Part shown: piece by piece, positions 62,494 to 64,000 of the stretch
How positions within the stretch are numbered: the stretch's first letter is position 1
Layout: the number at the start of each line of letters is the position of its first letter
NCBI GenBank assembly: GCA_050084985.1
Contig: JBITNC010000001.1
Coordinates: 192,200,001 to 192,264,000, forward strand
Direction of reading: 5' to 3'
Length of the DNA stretch: 64,000 nt
Origin: Nageia nagi
Lineage: Eukaryota; Plantae; Pinophyta
Translations under genes and position numbers: made by a program
The notes under the pieces: model-generated
Database searches by the model: none
Told to the model about the DNA's origin: nothing
The model's input: the letters and a program-made list of their open reading frames with translations, nothing else

Positions 62494-62929
62494 CACATTT
62501 CCCCCAACGTACCCTTTTCAGAGGGGTCACATTTCTAGATGTTCCAATTTCAGAAACTTGAAACATTTCCACGTTTCATGCAACTTAGATCTTATATGGC
62601 CATAGATGGATTGGGCATAGATCTTGGAGGTGTTCGAGCTTGATTTGGAGATTTTTGGGGCTTAGGAGCAAGATTTGGGATTTTTGAGCCTTTTTGCTTG
62701 TATTTTGGAGTTTTTGGGCAATGAGCTCAATGGCAAGTGTGGATGATGGCTTTTTTGGCAATTCCTCCAAGGTTAACGATGCTTAGTATAGTATTCCTCA
62801 AAATACCCATTTTTTTATTTTGAGTTTGAGCTTTTTGCCGAACAAATTGCGTTCACACTGGCCAGGTGGACGTGGTTCAAGCTTTTTCAAAACCCCTCTC
62901 CTCAAAAATGTTCAAATGTTCATATCTTG

Positions 62930-63900
62930 CTCAAATTTCACTTTTTTTCAAAAATTCCAAGGGGGATGGATGCTCCTCATAATTCTACACATGATCCTCA
63001 AAATTTTCATTTTTGCCAAAAATTTTAATTTTGCCACTTGTCAACCTCTCATTGGTATAAGACAATTTTTTTTTCTCTTTTCAAAATAAATCCTCTCCAA
63101 AAGTGCCGCCTAGCGACAAAATAATCATTTTTTCTTTTTTTTCAAAAATTTCAAGGGGAATATATGCTCCTCATTATTCTACACATCCTCCCCAAATTTC
63201 ATTTTTTTGGAAAAAAATTTGGAATTTTTGAGCTTACGTGGCAATTATGAGGTGACATTTGAAAACTTTTCATGGAATGCCTCCCAAAACCCACACCTAG
63301 CCTTTTGAAGCCCAAAATTTCATTTTTTGCCAAAATTTAGAACTAGAAATGTGTGCCAAATGGGATTTTCCTTTCAATCAAGTGATAAAATTTCACTTTT
63401 AGCTCAAAAATGCACTCCTTCAGCCTAGGTGGCAGTTTTGGGGGTGATTTCATAGTTTTTTCTCTTCACAAATCACCCTAGAAACCCATGCCTAGCATTT
63501 TGACGCCTTAGACTTGATTTTTTCAAAAATTTAGAACACCAAAGTTGTTCCTAATGCCACTTTCCATGCATCCATGTGATCAAATTTTTGTTTTGGCTCA
63601 AAATTGCATCCTTTTTTCTTGGGCAGCTGTTTTAGGGTGGATTTCTAAGTTTTTCCCTTTCATAAATCCTCCTCAAAAGTGCTGCATAACTTTTTGAGGC
63701 CTTAAACTTGATATTTTTGCAAACATTTGAATATATAAGTTGCTCCAAATGCCATTTTCCATCCACCCATGCTTTAAAAAAATTTCAAAATTTTTTATCA
63801 AGATCTGTGGATTTTCATCTTTTCGATCCATTTTGCATGGTAATTTTGTGGTTTGTAAGAAATAACCTTCAAAGCCCCTCCTTTGAATAATTTTTGCATC
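62930..63900. repeat. Degenerate roughly 190-200 bp periodic A/T-tract repeats, possibly a DNA transposon subterminal region
   Basis: TTTTTCAAAAATT.CAAGGGG..ATGCTCCTCAT.ATTCTACACAT recurs at about 62945 and 63138; AAAATTTCATTTTT recurs. Confidence 0.5.
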
Positions 63901-64000
63901 TTTGGGCAGATTTCAAAAATTCGAAGCTTAAAACAGTTTGAATTCTCACCCTTCATAATCTCTGGCAAACTTTGAAAAACGACCCCATCTCCATTGGCCT

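Noticed and set aside
62334-62605. YIYIYI ORFs
   Set aside because: Translation of the (AT)30 microsatellite

Overview
Plant nuclear DNA, most likely from a large-genome gymnosperm (inferred from the very long introns, nested LTR retrotransposons and AT-richness). Seven phase-consistent GT-AG exons of a minus-strand inositol polyphosphate 5-phosphatase with a downstream C2 domain lie between 48766 and 14665, separated by introns of about 25.2 kb and 7.5 kb. Most of the rest is transposon: nested Ty3/gypsy elements and solo LTRs whose order can be partly resolved from TG..CA ends, PBS/PPT and 5-bp TSDs, plus a LINE fragment, a copia fragment and a MITE. The main observation is a set of non-autonomous LTR retrotransposons (tRNA-iMet PBS, chromovirus-like remnants) that carry intronless host chromatin or silencing gene fragments as cargo. 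The N-terminal domain of cohesin regulator PDS5 sits in the gag position of two elements with different LTRs. One of them is intact and very young (2913-8943, about 3 differences between its LTRs). Pol IV/V second-largest-subunit (NRPD2/E2) segments sit in a third element. These elements share a post-PBS motif and a pre-PPT hairpin. Also present: a Tat-like element with a spliced antisense PMD gene and about 10 dispersed copies of a 16-bp palindrome, an 18S rRNA fragment inside an LTR, and a head-to-head LTR inverted repeat inside the host intron. All protein calls come from recognised motifs, not database searches.
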